From: Utricularia gibba
Taxonomy: Eukaryota; Plantae; Magnoliophyta
Length of the DNA stretch: 64,000 nucleotides
Direction: 5' to 3'
NCBI GenBank assembly: GCA_002189035.1
Contig: NEEC01000012.1
Coordinates: 558,001 to 622,000 of the forward strand
Positions 11,850-26,018 of this stretch are shown here, piece after piece. The notes below the pieces were generated by a model. It was not told the origin of the DNA. It worked only from the letters and a program-made list of their open reading frames with translations, and searched no databases. A program made the position numbers and the translations under genes. The stretch's first letter is position 1. Each line of letters begins with the position of its first letter.

Positions 11850-13720
11850 TGCAGTGCACACTTTCGGATGGTATAGGTGTTACAGAACAATATTCAGGTC
11901 AGATTGAGCATTTAAAATGAACTAGTTTTTATTTTGTTTGGTTTCATCAAGAGCAAAAGTACACATACACATACACATACACATTCAAAGAAAGTTAGCA
12001 CATGAAAAATAATGCTCATGTAAAGAAATTTGTTCAATGTCTTAAATGGAATTTGTATATTCCGATCAAGTATTCATGCTTCCAAAAATCTTGCCTTCTA
12101 AGATCGACTCCGAGTATATTTAGGTTTTAGGTTTATATAAATCTGCGATTTAGTCCCAATCTTCTAATAGTTTCCTTCGAGCAATGCAGCATAGGTTGCA
12201 ACACAAATTCAAGGAGTCGAATATGAACAGTGTAGTGGCAGGGAAAGTGGCAAAAGTATTAAAAGGAGTACACACAAAATCCAAGGAAATGAAAAGTAAG
12301 ATTTTGGACAAAAAGGGGGAGAGGATAGAGAGAGAAAGCAGATCTCCCCATTGGAGACTCACGAACAACTTTCTAGAGGAGGTTTTTGGAGGAGGAAGAG
12401 GGGAACGACGAACCAAAAGAACACATCTTCTTTTTGAAGATTTATTTGCGTTCTTGATGCATATTGTTCCTAGGAGTCTCAAGGCATCACTCATTTCATT
12501 CCAGAAACACCAATTTAGTTTTGTACTGTATTCCAAAATTTATTACTTTTCTTTACTGTATTCCGTTATAGTTCTGCCTTAGTCCTAGTTAAGACCAATT
12601 TACCAACGTGACACTGACTCCTTGCATTGACTTTCACATAGCAAGCACCTAGCTCCTTGTGTTCGACCCTAGTCCAATATGCTCATATTTTTCGTATGAC
12701 TTGACGTGAATTAGGTTTATAAATTTATTTGATAGGAAAATTTGCAATTTAACAACTTGCACAAATTTTTTGTTTATCATATACACATTGTCATAAAGGA
12801 TTTCTCGATCCCCCAATATTCAAGAGGTTCTTTGAGAATACTATCTCGTTCTACAGAAATTCGTCCATCACGATTGAATATATATGTCTAACCCTAATGA
12901 CTCAAGACAAGATGAGGCAAAACGTGGGCTTGGCCTGCACACACACGAGAGGCTTTCAGGGTTAGTTATGCATTCCTCTTGCACACATAGCTTTTTGGGT
13001 TTCGAGATCCTCTCAAAATGCAACCCGATCTAATAAATCCATCAAGGTTAATGAATTGGTATCTCATACAAGTGAGTTGAAGAGGACTTCAACTAGAAAT
13101 GAGGGATCCCTACTTTTTCTCCACATATTGGAGAAGTACTAAGTCATGCAGACTCTAATGGCTGAAAAATGGTATCTTTTGATTATGAATCAATCTTTTG
13201 AGTAGACAGTGAAATTGTATTTCTATTAAACGAATAGTTTTTTTTGATATAGAGATTTAGTCAATCACATCAAGCTCACTCTCACAATTCTCGACTGTTT
13301 AACGCTCAAGTGCATTCATAAGCCTATTGCAGCTCTTACTTATTCATAAGTGCTCTAGAGATCGCATATATCTCATAGGAGCGGCTACCCTCGACACTTA
13401 TGTAGTTGTCTCTGCCTAATGCGTTTTGCTTATATATGTTACTAATTTTTATCAACTACAGAGACATTAAGCGTGAATACTCATCCATCACTTTGCAAGT
13501 AGAACATATATTTCATAGGAATGACTACTTGCCCAGAGTTGTGTTCTCAAAACTAGTAGTTCATTGTTATTACCCATATGAATTTGATCAAGGTGTTTCT
13601 CCTTTTGCAGGCTGAGTTACCATCACTACTGTTTGCTTATCGTAATTAATCTCTTTCCCCTAGAAAGCTCATGGATATTCTCTCTATTGAGAGGTTTGAT
13701 CAATGGATCGGCCAAATTCA
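11850..13720. mobile_element. Stacked non-coding LTR-retrotransposon remnants
   Basis: LTR-like 3' end ...TTTATAAATTTATTTGATAG...TTTATCA at ~12720-12779 recurs at ~15300-15366, ~51235-51303 and ~63300-63336. No coding domains. Boundaries approximate. Confidence 0.5.
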
Positions 13721-13728
13721 CTGATGTT

Positions 13729-14420
13729 TGATAACCCCATTATTATTGTATTTTTGTATACTTTTTCAAGATTGCTTTAAAATGTTGTTTCATATGCGTA
13801 ATAGTTTTCTTTTCGGTATTGATATGAATCTTTTTGTTGCGAATAGACTCAATTGACAATAATTAAGTCGAAAACTCTAATATTTCTTTCTAGTTTGTAT
13901 ATAAGTGTTAATATAAGAGTTAGTACTAACAACGTACTTTCCACATTGACAAGTTAAAAGAAGCAGAAAAGCTAAGGAAAAGTTGCTTAACAAAGATTTT
14001 CCTTTTAGTACTAACAACGTACTTTCCACATTGACAAGTTAACCTGATTACTATTCATGCTACCCTTTCCTTTATTTCTGGGGATGATAAAATTGGATTG
14101 AAGTCTAAGGACTATCTTGAGTGACACAAAAGCCAGATCTTTATCTAGAACTCAGTCATATCACCTCTCTTTTACGTTTGTATGCATTTCCATTATTTTC
14201 CACGCTTATTCACCCTTGAAACTTGTTCATTTTAATTGCTGTTATTTTATGTCCTATGCATATAAGCACTGAACTGCTAGAAACCCCTATGTTTTTAATA
14301 AATGTAAAGGATTTCGAAAAATTATACATATTCTCCATGGATTCAACCTTTACTTGCCACGATACATTAATTTAGGGAAAATTCCATGATTAACTATGTT
14401 TTGTGTAACTCATTCTTACT
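13729..14420 (+). mobile_element. Athila-like Gypsy LTR, internally shortened
   Basis: Starts TGATAACCCC. Segments 13900-13960 and 14050-14380 align by eye with 42210-42290 and 42770-43090. Confidence 0.55.
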
Positions 14421-14698
14421 TCTAACTACTTTTGTCTTTTAGTGTAAATAATATTTTTATTAATTCCTTTTCTATCCCAAATCTATTAATATCTGCCTTT
14501 CGTCGGCCTAGTATTTCCGGCAATTGCGATGGCTTCTTTATTTCTTTATGTTCAAAAAAACAAAATTATTTAGAACCCGTATTTTTACATTTTACCAAAA
14601 TTTACCATACTCATTATTTTATTTTCTCTCACATTTTTTTTTTTATTCTTTCTTACCTTACCCAATCCCTCTCAGCCAGGCCTACTTCTTAGAATTAT

Positions 14699-15366
14699 GA
14701 TAGTGTTTTTCTAGTTGAGTCCTATTATTCCGCATGCTAATTTAATTTTTTTTGCTGAAAATTGATCTTCAAGTTTGTATTATATTGAAGGGTTTATTTT
14801 GTGGATTCTATTAATGACTATTAGAAGTTCTAATGATTTGTTTACCCGACTATTGGTTGCATTCAAAATTATTTGGTTTTTATAACATGATGTTTTCTAT
14901 ATTCAAATTGTAAAATTTGAAACTCCATTTAATATCTTATTTTCTAAAAAAAATAATTAATAAATTAATCTTCACATAGGCGCTATTACAACATTATTAT
15001 TTGTAATAATTAATAATTAGTAGTTGCATGTATTGATTATAGTTTATAATATAATATTAACAATTTTAAAAAGAAAGAGGGAAAATCCAAAAAAACCATC
15101 AAGGATTGGATAGAATAAGAAAGATAATAAAATAATAAAATAATAAGATTGGTAAATTTTAATAACAATATAAAAATATGGGTTATTGTGAAAGATATTA
15201 ATAAATTTGGGGTAGAAGAAGAAGTGAGAATGAGTTATACAAAACACAATTAATGATGGAATTTTCCTCATTAATTTATGTGATTTTTTTAGAGGAATAG
15301 GTAAGTTTATAAATTTATTTTGATAAATTGATCATGCTAAGTCACGACATTTAGCAATATTTATCA
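14699..15366 (+). mobile_element. Probable solo-LTR remnant
   Basis: TGATAG...TTTATCA termini and a 3' end similar to other LTR ends in the window. No TSD found. Confidence 0.4.
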
Positions 15367-15399
15367 ACGTTTATCAACATTCTTACATATTCAATGGAT

Positions 15400-18300
15400 T
15401 CACCCTAGTTTTTAACAATTGTTTCAATGTTCAATGTCTCAATGAAATGTGTATATTTCTTCTATTATAGGATCGATTCTTGGTAATAGTAATTGCTGCT
15501 TGACAGTCACAATACAGTATCAATGAGAAAAATCCATGTTGCCTAAGTAGGATTCTTGTTCCATTTTTTACCTTGCTATCATAATCTACTTCGTAGATTT
15601 TCAAGACACGGCTCCTCTTTCAATATGAAAATCATTCCACTTGTGGTCTTTGGCTCTTCTGTTACAAATACTTGACTACCATCAATATATCCCTTCAATA
15701 CAACGGGTTCTCTATGATATTGAATGTCATAGTTAGCAATCCTTTTCAGGTATCTCAATAACCACTTCACATGTGCCTAATGTCTTTCATTTGGGTTGTG
15801 TGTGTATCTACTCAATCTACCAATTACATACACTATGTTTGGTCAAGTATGATTCATAAGATACATCACTCTTTCCATTATTGGAGTGTATTCACTCTAG
15901 GATACAAGGTCATTTCTATTTTTCTTTAAGCTAATATTGAGATCATATGGAGTTCTAAAACCAAAATTTTCTAAAAGTTTCTTAGTATAGTATAGTGACT
16001 TTGATTCAAGAGAACCCTTCTTTATTTCTCACGATTTTCATTCCAGTATGTAACTAGCCTCATCCATATCCTTCTCTCAAATTTAGAGGTTACGAATTTC
16101 TCGGCCACTAGTACAGTGCCCAGATTTGGCCAAAAGATTAGCATATCATCCACATAAAAAGTTATGATTACACATTGATCATTAATAGTCTTAGAGTAAA
16201 CACATCTCTCAACTGAATTGATTCGATGCTTGATAATGTTATGACTCCATCAAATTTTTCATGTCCGTATTTAGGAGCTTGTTTCCAGCCATACAACAAT
16301 TTCTTCAGTTGACATGCTTTGTTTTCGTCTCTAGCTTTTATACAACCCTCAGGTTGAAACATATAGATTTTTTCTTCCAATTTACCATTCGAGAATGTTA
16401 TTTTGGCATCTATTTGATGAACTGTTCAATTGGCACATATGCCCTTACAAAGAGCACTCGTATGGTAGAGAAGTGAACTAGTACATAAAATGTCTCAAAG
16501 TAGTAAACACCCGATTTTTATATGAAACCCTTGGCTACTAGTCAAGCCTTGTATTTATCCACTATACCATTTGTAAGCAGCTTTTTTTTTATAAAGATTC
16601 ATTTACTTCAAATTGTCTTTGCTAGAGGGAGTAGGTCCACTACTTCACATACCTTGTTCTTATCAATCGAATTCATTTAACTATCAATGACCTCTATCAA
16701 CAATGGAGCATCTGAGGAAGTAATTGTATTATGGAAAGTCAGAGGATCTCCACTAGTGAGATATACATAGAATTCATTGTCGAAGGTAGACTTTGTCCTC
16801 TATCTTTTGCTTCATCTTGGAAGCACCTTCTTCAAGGGGGAACTAGTTTTAACAGTTTTTTTTTATGCCGAAACAAACAAATGCACCACAATTTTTAGTC
16901 AAGAAAACCCATAAAGGGAAAAACATGGGTTCGGGCCACACCCCCGAACTATGAGAATCCACTAAAGAAGGTTTTGTACACACAATACAAATATGATCAG
17001 CAAGAAGAAAACATTCTATCTAGTTGCTCTTCAATGTGCAATTTAGAAAGAAAAACCAGAGCTCTCTTCTTCTTCTTCACTTGCTTCACCTACATAATGG
17101 TGATGAAAAAACAAGAACTATTATATCTGATCTCCCTCTCTTTGTGCTCATGGGTCTGTTGCATTTTTCTGCTCCCTCTATTTCTTTTTAGTTGGGAACA
17201 TGCAATTAGACTTGGACCTTGTGGCCTTGGATCAGCTAGGTAATTGTTGCCCAATATGAATTTCTTAGCTGAGCCCAATAGTCTTATCACCATTATCTAG
17301 TTGACTTTTCACTAGAGGAAAGATGTGCTCAAGAATTCTACATTTTATGTTTCTAGTATTGTATGTTAATCAAGGACATCACTCTTGAATACAAAAAATT
17401 GATATGTAGCATTCCCTTGTGCATACCCTATAAATAGACAATCAAATATTTTTGATCCAATCTTCCTTTTATTAAAATTAAGTAACATCAATTTTCCTAA
17501 ACACCCTCACAATCTTAAATATTTAAGGTTTGGTGTGTAGCATTTCCATATCTTATATATAGTTTTGCTTATTTTCTTATGTAAGATTCTATTTAGAACA
17601 TGACAAGTTGTGAGAATTGCTTCTCCCTCCTCCCTCCCCACTCCCCACTCCCACATACTTCATCTATAGTGCCAGAAGTAATAAGTATTGAATTCATCAT
17701 TTACTTCAGTATCCTATTCTTCTTATCAACTACTACATTCGATTCAGTGGAATAGGGGAGTATTTTAATATATTATTCCACACTTCTCACATAAGTTTTT
17801 GAAAAATACATACTTATCCCCTCTATTAGATCTGACTCTCTTTATTTTCTTATCAAGTTGGTTTTCTATCTCATCTTTATTTTCTTATCAAATGCTTCGT
17901 ATTTATCTTTTAACAAATACACATGAGCATATCTAGAGCAATGATTCTGAAAAGTAACTATGAACTTATTCCTATATCTAGATACGCACATCTTATAACC
18001 ATATATATCCGAATGAATCAACGTAAGTAATTTATATTCTCTTTTCATAGAAGGCCATAATTTCTTAGTCATTTTTGCGTCTACGCAAGTCTCACACTTA
18101 ATAGGGAAATCGTGCAATTTTAGAATTAAATCTAATTGCTGCCTCCTTTTCATATAAGCAAGGTTAACATGATATGATCTAGCATGCCAGATATAGAAAG
18201 AATTCATCATGCAAGCAGAATCAACTGTATTCTCAGAAATAATAGAAACATTCATCACATACAATGCTTGGCTATCGATGTATCCTTTTTCAACAAAGAC

Positions 18301-18410
18301 ATTATTTTTTATCACAACAGCATCCCCATTACCGAAGTTGACATTTGGGATACATTTATTGATATGGATAGTTCATATGACATTGGTCTTTATGGCATGA
18401 ATATGCAACA
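15400..18410 (-). mobile_element. Degenerate Ty1/Copia pol (integrase, RT, RNase H) with a non-coding insertion at ~16850-17500
   Basis: WHAR..HVN, CETCVDAKMTK, LIHSDI (17866-18315); EEKIYMFQPEG...LKKLLYGWKQAPK (16168-16380); KWLLRYLK...KTTSG (15579-15770). Confidence 0.88.
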
Positions 18411-21400
18411 CATCCCTCTAAAGGAGAGTCTTCCCTGAGGTAAACTTTAGAGTGACTTCTCCCTTTCCAAGTGGATTATACCGAACCGTGAGATGTGAAG
18501 ATGGCCATGCGGAAAGCCAGAATTTTTGTGAAGAACAAGACTCTTATGCAGCCCATTAGAGAATGCTACGGTGGCAGGGGCAAGGAAGAATGCTACAATG
18601 ATCGGGGCAAGGATCTTCGGGGAACACCTTCCTCAAGGCACTCTCCAAAACCGAATCCCTTGAAATGCTTACCAAGAGCGGAATTTGAAGAACGCAAGGC
18701 AAAAGGATTATGTTTTAATTGCGATGAGCAGTTTAAACCAGGTCATAAATGCAGAAAGTTATTTGTGCTCGAATTAGCCTCAGATGAAGGTGAGTCATTA
18801 TCCTTAGATGGGGAACAAGACCCGGAATTATCATTGTTGGCGGCCACTGGGAGCTCCTCGACACGGACACTCAAAATACCAGGAGAAATTAAGGGGAAGA
18901 AATTGATCTTCTTGGTGGACTCAGGTAGTTCTCACACATTTGTACGGGCCTCTGTAGCTTATAAATTGCACTTATCGGTGGAACCCGTCAAGGGAGTTCA
19001 GGTAACAATGGCTAATGGGGAAGCTATTCCTTGTGTGGGATCGTGCGCAGCTGTTCACTTCGAATTGAAGACCAGCAATTCCTTGTAGACATCTACCTAC
19101 TCAATGAATTGGGATATGATGGGGTTCTTGGAATTAATTGGTTAAATTCGTTGGGCACAGTGAAATGTAATTTCGAAGAATTATGGGTCAGCTTTGAAGT
19201 AGGAGGGAAGAATTTTATGGTACATGGCAGTGATAATGCTAGGGAGATTTGGTCATTGCACCATCTCGAATTAGGTCTTCCCGATGACATGGGTCGAATT
19301 GTTCAGCACATCTCTGAGACATGCTATTATCTTCCAGGAACCGCAAGGATTACCTCCAGTGTGGCATTGTGATCATGGTATACACCTGCTGCCGGGCTCA
19401 AGGGCAGTAGCAAGGCGACTATATCGATATCCTCAAACCCAAAAGACAGAGATTGAAAATCAATGTGTTGAATTACTCTCCAAAGGGAGGATCCGAGAGA
19501 GTTCCTCTCAGTTTGCAGCCTCGGTTTTATTGATCTCCAAGCATGATAGGGGATGGCGCTTATGCATTGACTACCGAGGCTTAAACTCTATTACGGAGAA
19601 GGTAAAATTTCTCATACCTACCGTGGAAGAATTGTTATCTGAGTTGAATGGGGCTAGAGTATTCACCAAACTTGATCTTCGCTCGGGATATCATCAAATA
19701 CGGATGAAGGAGCAGGACATCCACAAGACAGCCTTCCAGACGCACAATGCTCATTATGAATTCCTCGTGATGCCGTTTGGACTTACAAATGCTCCAGCTA
19801 CCTTCTAGTCTCTGATGCATCATATTTTCAGACCATATTTGCGAAAGTTTGTTATTGTGTTCTTTCATGACATCCTAGTTTTCAGCAAGACCGAGTTGGA
19901 TCACTTGGATCACTCGCACGTTGTCTTTGACCTCCTACAAGCAAATCACCTCTTTGTAAAGAAGTCTAAATGCTTGTTCGTGGAGACCAAAGTGTCATAC
20001 TTGGGACACGTGGTAGGCAGGAATGGTCAAGGTGGATCCAGCGAAAATACAGGTCATTAAGGAGTGGCTGAGACCTCGGACGACCAAAGGCTTGCGAGGC
20101 TTCCTAGGCCTCACGGGGTATTACCGCCGGTTTATACAGCATTTTAGCAGAAAGACAGCAACACTCACAAGTTTTCTGAAAAGGAACAGCTTTAAGTGGT
20201 CACCTTAGGTTGAGGAGGAATTTATTGCCCTCAAATTGGAATTGACGCAGGCCCCTGTTTTAATTGCTCCAGACTTTTCACAAGAGTTTACATTGGAATG
20301 CGATGCCTCAGACACGGGAATTGGGGCGGTTCTCCATCAGGGACACCCCATCGCCTACTATAGCAAATGGTTGACACCAACCCAACATCTCCTTGCGGTG
20401 TATGAGAAAGAAATGATTGGCTTGGTTTATTCGATCAAGCATTGGACGCATTACCTATGGGGAAGGCACTTTAAGGTTTGAATGGATCATCAGAGTTTAA
20501 AATTTTTACAACAGCAGAAATTAGTGACACCATTCCAACAAAAGTGGTTGGGGAAGCTGTTAGGGTTTGACTTCGAAATAATATACATACCTGGCTCCAC
20601 TAACCAGGCAGCAGACACCTTGTCCAGGAGGGATCAAGAGGAAGTGGAGCTGGCTCATATATCGATACCCCAACCTGACTTTCGAACTCAAATAAAAAGG
20701 GCACAGGAGATGTCGACCGCCGCTCAAGAACGCAAAAGTAGCATACGTCAGGGACAAATGGAGGTAACAGGGAATTTATCCAAGGAATTATTTATTTTAA
20801 GAATCAGCTTTATGTGCCAGTGGACTCCGAATTACCGGAACAGATCATTACCATGATTCATGATGCTCATCATGAGGGGTACGCCAAGACACTCCATCGT
20901 GTATCTTGTGATTTTTATTGCAGGGCATGAAGGCACAAATTCAAGATTTTTGAAAAAGGTGCGACGTGTGTAGAAGGAACAAATCCGAGATGTCTCAATG
21001 GACTTCGTAGAGGGATTATCGACGTCGAGGAAGAAACAGGGATTACCGAATCGGTTCTCAAAGTATGCTCATTTACTCGCTATATCGCATCCATTTACTG
21101 CTACCTCAATTGCTAAGATATTTTTTGAGGAAATTTTTAAACTTCATGGATTGCCGGAATCTATTATGAGTGATAGAGATAAGATATTCACTGGTATATT
21201 CTAGAAGGAATTGTTGGGAATGCTAGGTACAAAGCTGTGCTATTCGACAGCCTACCATCCTCAATCAGATGGTCAAACCAAGGCTGTCAATAAAATCATG
21301 GAAACGTACCTAAGATGTTTCACAAGTGACAAGCCTACTCAATGGGCAAACTGGTTGTCTTGGGCAAAATACTCATACAACACCAGTCTTCAGAGCAGTA

Positions 21401-22386
21401 TCGGTATGACACCATTTGAAGTGGTGTATGGATGGCCTGTACCTAAGATTATCCCATATGAAAGAGGAATTCCAGGGTATCGGCAATGGACTTAGAACTC
21501 CGAGCCCATGATGAGATTCTACGACTTTGCAGAGAGAGATTGAATCATAGCCAACAGTTAATGAAAAGTTATTATGATCACAAGCATCGACATTTGGAGT
21601 TTGCAGAAGGAGAGTTGGTTTTATTGAAGGTTCCAATTAGTTTTAAAAGGAGAATATATGTGGGGACGAAGCTGACCCCAAAATATTGTGGACCTTACAA
21701 GGTGATCAAAAAATAGGACAATTGGCTTATAAACTGGAGCCGCCGCCTGGAATCAAAATCCATCCAGTGTTCCATATCAGCTGCCTAAAGAAATTTTATG
21801 GGGACCCCAAGGCTGTTTTAGTACCTGTTCCTGATCAAGAAGAAGAAGAGGATTCCATATAGCCGCAGGCGATTCTGGACACGCGCGTGCAGAATGGTAA
21901 CAAGGAGATTCTAGTGCACTGGAGAGGACTGTGGCCTGTAGACGCCACCTGGGAGGATCTAGGGACTTTGTTGAATCAATTTCCTGAGTTATCTTCTACG
22001 TGGACCAACCTAGCGGAAGCGAGGTGGGATGTGAGGACCCCAACTCCCGGGAAGGACCCTCTGGTATACAACCAGAGACACAGAGCAACAGAAAGCCATG
22101 AAGAAAGGGAGGCTTAATTAGAAGCCATTGTGCCGTAGTATTTTGAGCAGGGTCTTGCCTTAGACATTATATATGGCTTGACCGCTTTTGGAATGACAGC
22201 TTTAGTTTCTAGTTGACCCACTCAGTTCTTGAAGCATTCTTTGAGAATTGTTCGATTCCTCTTTCTTGTCTTCACGATAGGGAACATGAAGAAGCACTCC
22301 TACCAGCAGTTGGATCCGGCTGAGTTCCTCGCTGAACGGCCGCGTACTCGTTCCCAAACGGCCCCCCTGAGAAGAGGCACCTGACA
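18410..22386 (+). mobile_element. Ty3/Gypsy chromovirus (Reina-like), 5'-truncated, with a 3' LTR at 22030-22386
   Basis: gag KGLCFNCDEQFKPGHKC; protease LVDSGSSH; RT LCIDYRGLN, LDLRSGYHQIRM, MPFGLTNAPATF; RNase H ECDASDTGIGAVL; integrase MDFVEGL, YHPQSDGQT; chromodomain EILVHWRGL..DATWED. Purine tract GGAAGCGAGGTGGGA precedes LTR TGTGAGG...CCTGACA. Many stops and frameshifts. Confidence 0.93.
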
Positions 22387-22922
22387 GCTCTCTCCCTCCA
22401 TTCATTGTTGGCAAGAGCACTCAAATCTACCATATTAAGTCTCCAATTTGCATCTCTTGAAGCTTGAACCTATCGTATAACTTGCTAGATAACATGTTGC
22501 CAATGAAAACATTGTCGGTTAAAATAGTGCAAATTCTATTGATCTACATCCATTACTGAAGCTAAACTTAGTGACATTATCGTTTTAAAATTCGAAATTT
22601 GATATTTGATATTTGTGTAGGTGGTGTAGGGTGGACCGTGGCCTGATGATAAACAAGGTGGGTTGTTGGCTAAGTGGGCAGATGTAACTACAATGGAATA
22701 TTGAGACTGGAATGGGCAAATCCCGAGACTTGGTGTATTTTAATCAGTAACATGGGCCATTGCAGATGCTAAAACCTTACGGCCGAGCTCTGTTTGTCAT
22801 TGGTGACAGAGGCCCAGCCCACAATTGTTCTTGTTTTTTTTCTTTCATCCGCCGCTGGTTGCATTGGACTGCACAGGGGTTCTTGATGTTTCGATCGTAG
22901 GGACGGCTGGTATGTTTTTCTC

Positions 22923-24732
22923 ATGTGCATGAGAAACCAGCTGAAGCAGGCGTACGCCAGCACCGTGAGAAACGGCGCTGGCGTCACTAAATATTTGATA
23001 AGCAAGCTAGTCGAACTTCCAGACCTGCAGTACGCCCACAAACTGCTCGATTATTTGCCTAACCCACCAATCTTCCTCTTCAACAAGCTAATTCAAACCT
23101 ATTCTTCTCGTGGTCCGCATTTTCAATGTTTGTTACTCTACTCTCAGATCCTTCATCGCTGCTTGACCCCCAATGCCAACTCCTTCACCTTTCTGTTTGC
23201 TGCTTGCGGTAACCTTGCTAATACTTCATTAGCTTGGATGTTGCATACGCACTTTATCAAGTTCGGACTAGATCATGACGTCTATGCATCTACTGCTTTG
23301 ATCGGCATGTATGGTGAACTTGGTTTATTGCATATGTCTCGAAAAGCGTTTGATTTGTTGAGTGGGAAAGAATTGCCGACTTGGAATTGTTTGATAGCAG
23401 GATATGCGAAAAATGGTGACTTGGAGGAGGCGTTTCATTTGTTTTCCCATATGCCTCAAAGAAATTTGATTTCGTGGACTGCTTTAATATCAGGGTATTG
23501 TCAGAATGGGATGTACAGAGAGGCTTTAGAATTGTACTTGGAAATGGAGAAACAAGGAAACTTGAAGCCTAATGAAGTGACCATTGCAAGTGTTCTTCCT
23601 GCTTGTGCAAATCTTGGTGCATTGGAAATTGGAGAGAGACTGGAAGCCTATGCCCGTGAAAATGGCTTTTTCAAGAACGCGTTTGTGGGAAATTCTTTAC
23701 TTGAATTGTACACTAGATGTGGTGCTATTGACAAGGCAAAGCAATTGTTTCAGGAGTTTGGTGGGAATAGAAATTTGTGTTCTTGGAACTCTATGATCAT
23801 GGGTTTAGCAGTTCATGGGAGGTGTGAAGAAGCTCTTGACCTCTTTGATGTTATGCTGGTAAGGTTTCTTATGAACACACACTTTACTTCCACATTTTTT
23901 CATGCCTTTGCGACTATAAACTGTTTGAGAATATCGTAGATATGGCTTATGCTACTAGAGTAAATGAATTTTGTTTGTCAAAATGCTAATTTTGATTTTC
24001 TTTTACCTTTTGTTGTCCAATATCTAGTTCTAGAATGTCATTACACCTTGATTGAGATGAATGTGTAATCTCGGTCTCATCACTTCTCATAATAAAAATA
24101 TAAAAATTCAAAAGCATTCTCAACGGTCGTGTGACTCTCACATGCAGAGGAATCGGGTGTTACCTGATGATATAACCTTTGTGGGTGCACTTCTGGCATG
24201 TACTCACAAATGCATGGTTGAAAGAGGCAAGGAGCTCTTCAATTCCATGGAGCAGAAATTTCACATTACACCAAAGAAGGAACATTATGGCTGCATGGTT
24301 GATCTTCTCGGAAGAGCAGGATTACTAAGGCAAGCCTATGATGTGATTAACGGCATGCCCATGAAACCAGATTCTGTTGTGTGGGGAACACTGCTCGGGG
24401 CTTGCAGTTTTCATGCCAATGTTGAATTTGCAGAGAAAGCAGCAGAGTCCCTGTTTTTGTTGGAACCTTGGAACCCTGGTAACTATGTCATTTTATCAAA
24501 TATATATGCTAAAGCAGGCCTGTGGACCGAAGTATCGAAGCTAAGGAGGTTTATGAAAGGGTTCATTGTTATAAAAGGCGCAGGACATAGCCTGATCGAG
24601 GTAGGAGGCAGGATTCATAAGTTCATTGTAGAGGATAAGTCGCATCCCTTGTCTGAGTTGATTTTGGCTGTGTTACATCATGTAACATTTCAAATGAAGC
24701 TTCAGGAATGTGTGGATCATTTAGAAATGTAA
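22923..24732 (+). CDS. PLS-class PPR protein with E/E+ domain (resembles Arabidopsis At5g08510 as I recall it)
   Basis: Exons 22923-23858 and 24148-24732, phase 0, open frame (~506 aa). PPR motifs (ISWTALISGYCQNG, KPNEVTIASVLPACA, EHYGCMVDLLGRAG, VVWGTLLGAC) and E domain (LEPWNPGNYVILSNIY...GHSLIE). Confidence 0.93.
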
Positions 24733-24773
24733 CATTTCAAATGCAGCTTCAGGAATGTGTGGAGCATTTAGAA
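24680..24773 (+). repeat. 47-bp tandem duplication overlapping the PPR stop codon
   Basis: Copies at 24680-24726 and 24727-24773 differ at 2 positions. Confidence 0.9.
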
Positions 24774-26018
24774 ATCTCATATCTATCTTCATCAGAGTAT
24801 GTAAACAAAGGCCAAGTGGAATCTCTCAGTGGTCAGAATTTTAGAGTCAGGTTGGTTACTCTTGTTTCTGACGCCCATCCGCTGCATCTAGTGTACAGGA
24901 AGGATGACGCAGCACACACCCACATGAATAGGTGACTCATTTTCTAGTAACCGTCTGCCCGGCTCCATAAATATCACCATAACTCGAATAAACACTGGTG
25001 CCAGCTTCACACGTTATCTCATCTGAAGAAAAACAGCTTATGGTTGTGATTTTCTCCTCTCTTTCATGTTGTTTGTTAGGAACCATTTACTCCACGCTGG
25101 TATTCCAAGGAAGTTTTCCGACCCCATTATTGATCACGATTTTGTTAGCACGTTTAAGTGCCATGTATCTAACTAGCATGTTCCTCTCCTACCCCACTAT
25201 TGTCTGTAAACCAGGTACAAGTCTTGAATGCTAGTAGTCCTAAAGTCTTGTGATTTTGTTTGTTGGTATCATAAATGCGATGCAGGAATGGTTTGCCTTG
25301 TGGGCTAGTGAAGATGGGCAACATTGAAAAGCTGATATTTCTTTGGAAATGAGTTGGTTGAGATCCAGACCCCCGTTTCTCCTATAGGACGTGTGGGGGG
25401 ACTGGACTGGATAGGTGGTATCACTAAATCTGCATGCCTGTGATCCTTCTGTTTATTGCTGCGCTCATGTACGATCTCCAAAAGGCTTTATTGGGGTTTT
25501 TGACAAGATCAGGATCCCGAAAAGCTCTTTTTCTTGCAATTATATCTCTCTTTTTGCTATTTATCGTGCACTTAACCATATCACGGAGAGTGCCCACCTA
25601 CTCAGCGTTGGACGTTGTGTTTATTCTGGAAAATAAGCAAACCAGAGGTCGATGATGTTGGGACAAAGTGGTGCCCAATTCGAAATTTTGAATCATCCAC
25701 GTTTTCCACTTGTGTTAGTGATCGCTGTCGCTCTTATTCACCATGACCCTTTATCTTGAGTTTATCAGAGTTATGGCTTATTGCTTCTGTATTACAGATA
25801 TCCAGGCACAGCCAACCACCCCTTGTCAACAATTCCGTCGAAGTACTAGCGAGTTCACCACCATGTCATGCTTTTGAACTGGTGCAGGCGAGAAATAGTC
25901 TTTCAACCTACCCCCATCCTGACCCCGTACGTGTGCTCCATTTTTAGGCCCTGTGCGTATGCATATTCCTCCGGCGAAAGGGTGGTCTTTCCTCTGAAGC
26001 TGGTTCCTGTTTTCTTTT

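Noticed and set aside
12150-12582. 128-aa and 132-aa opposing ORFs
   Set aside because: They lie in an LTR-like purine/pyrimidine-biased tract and have no domain motifs.
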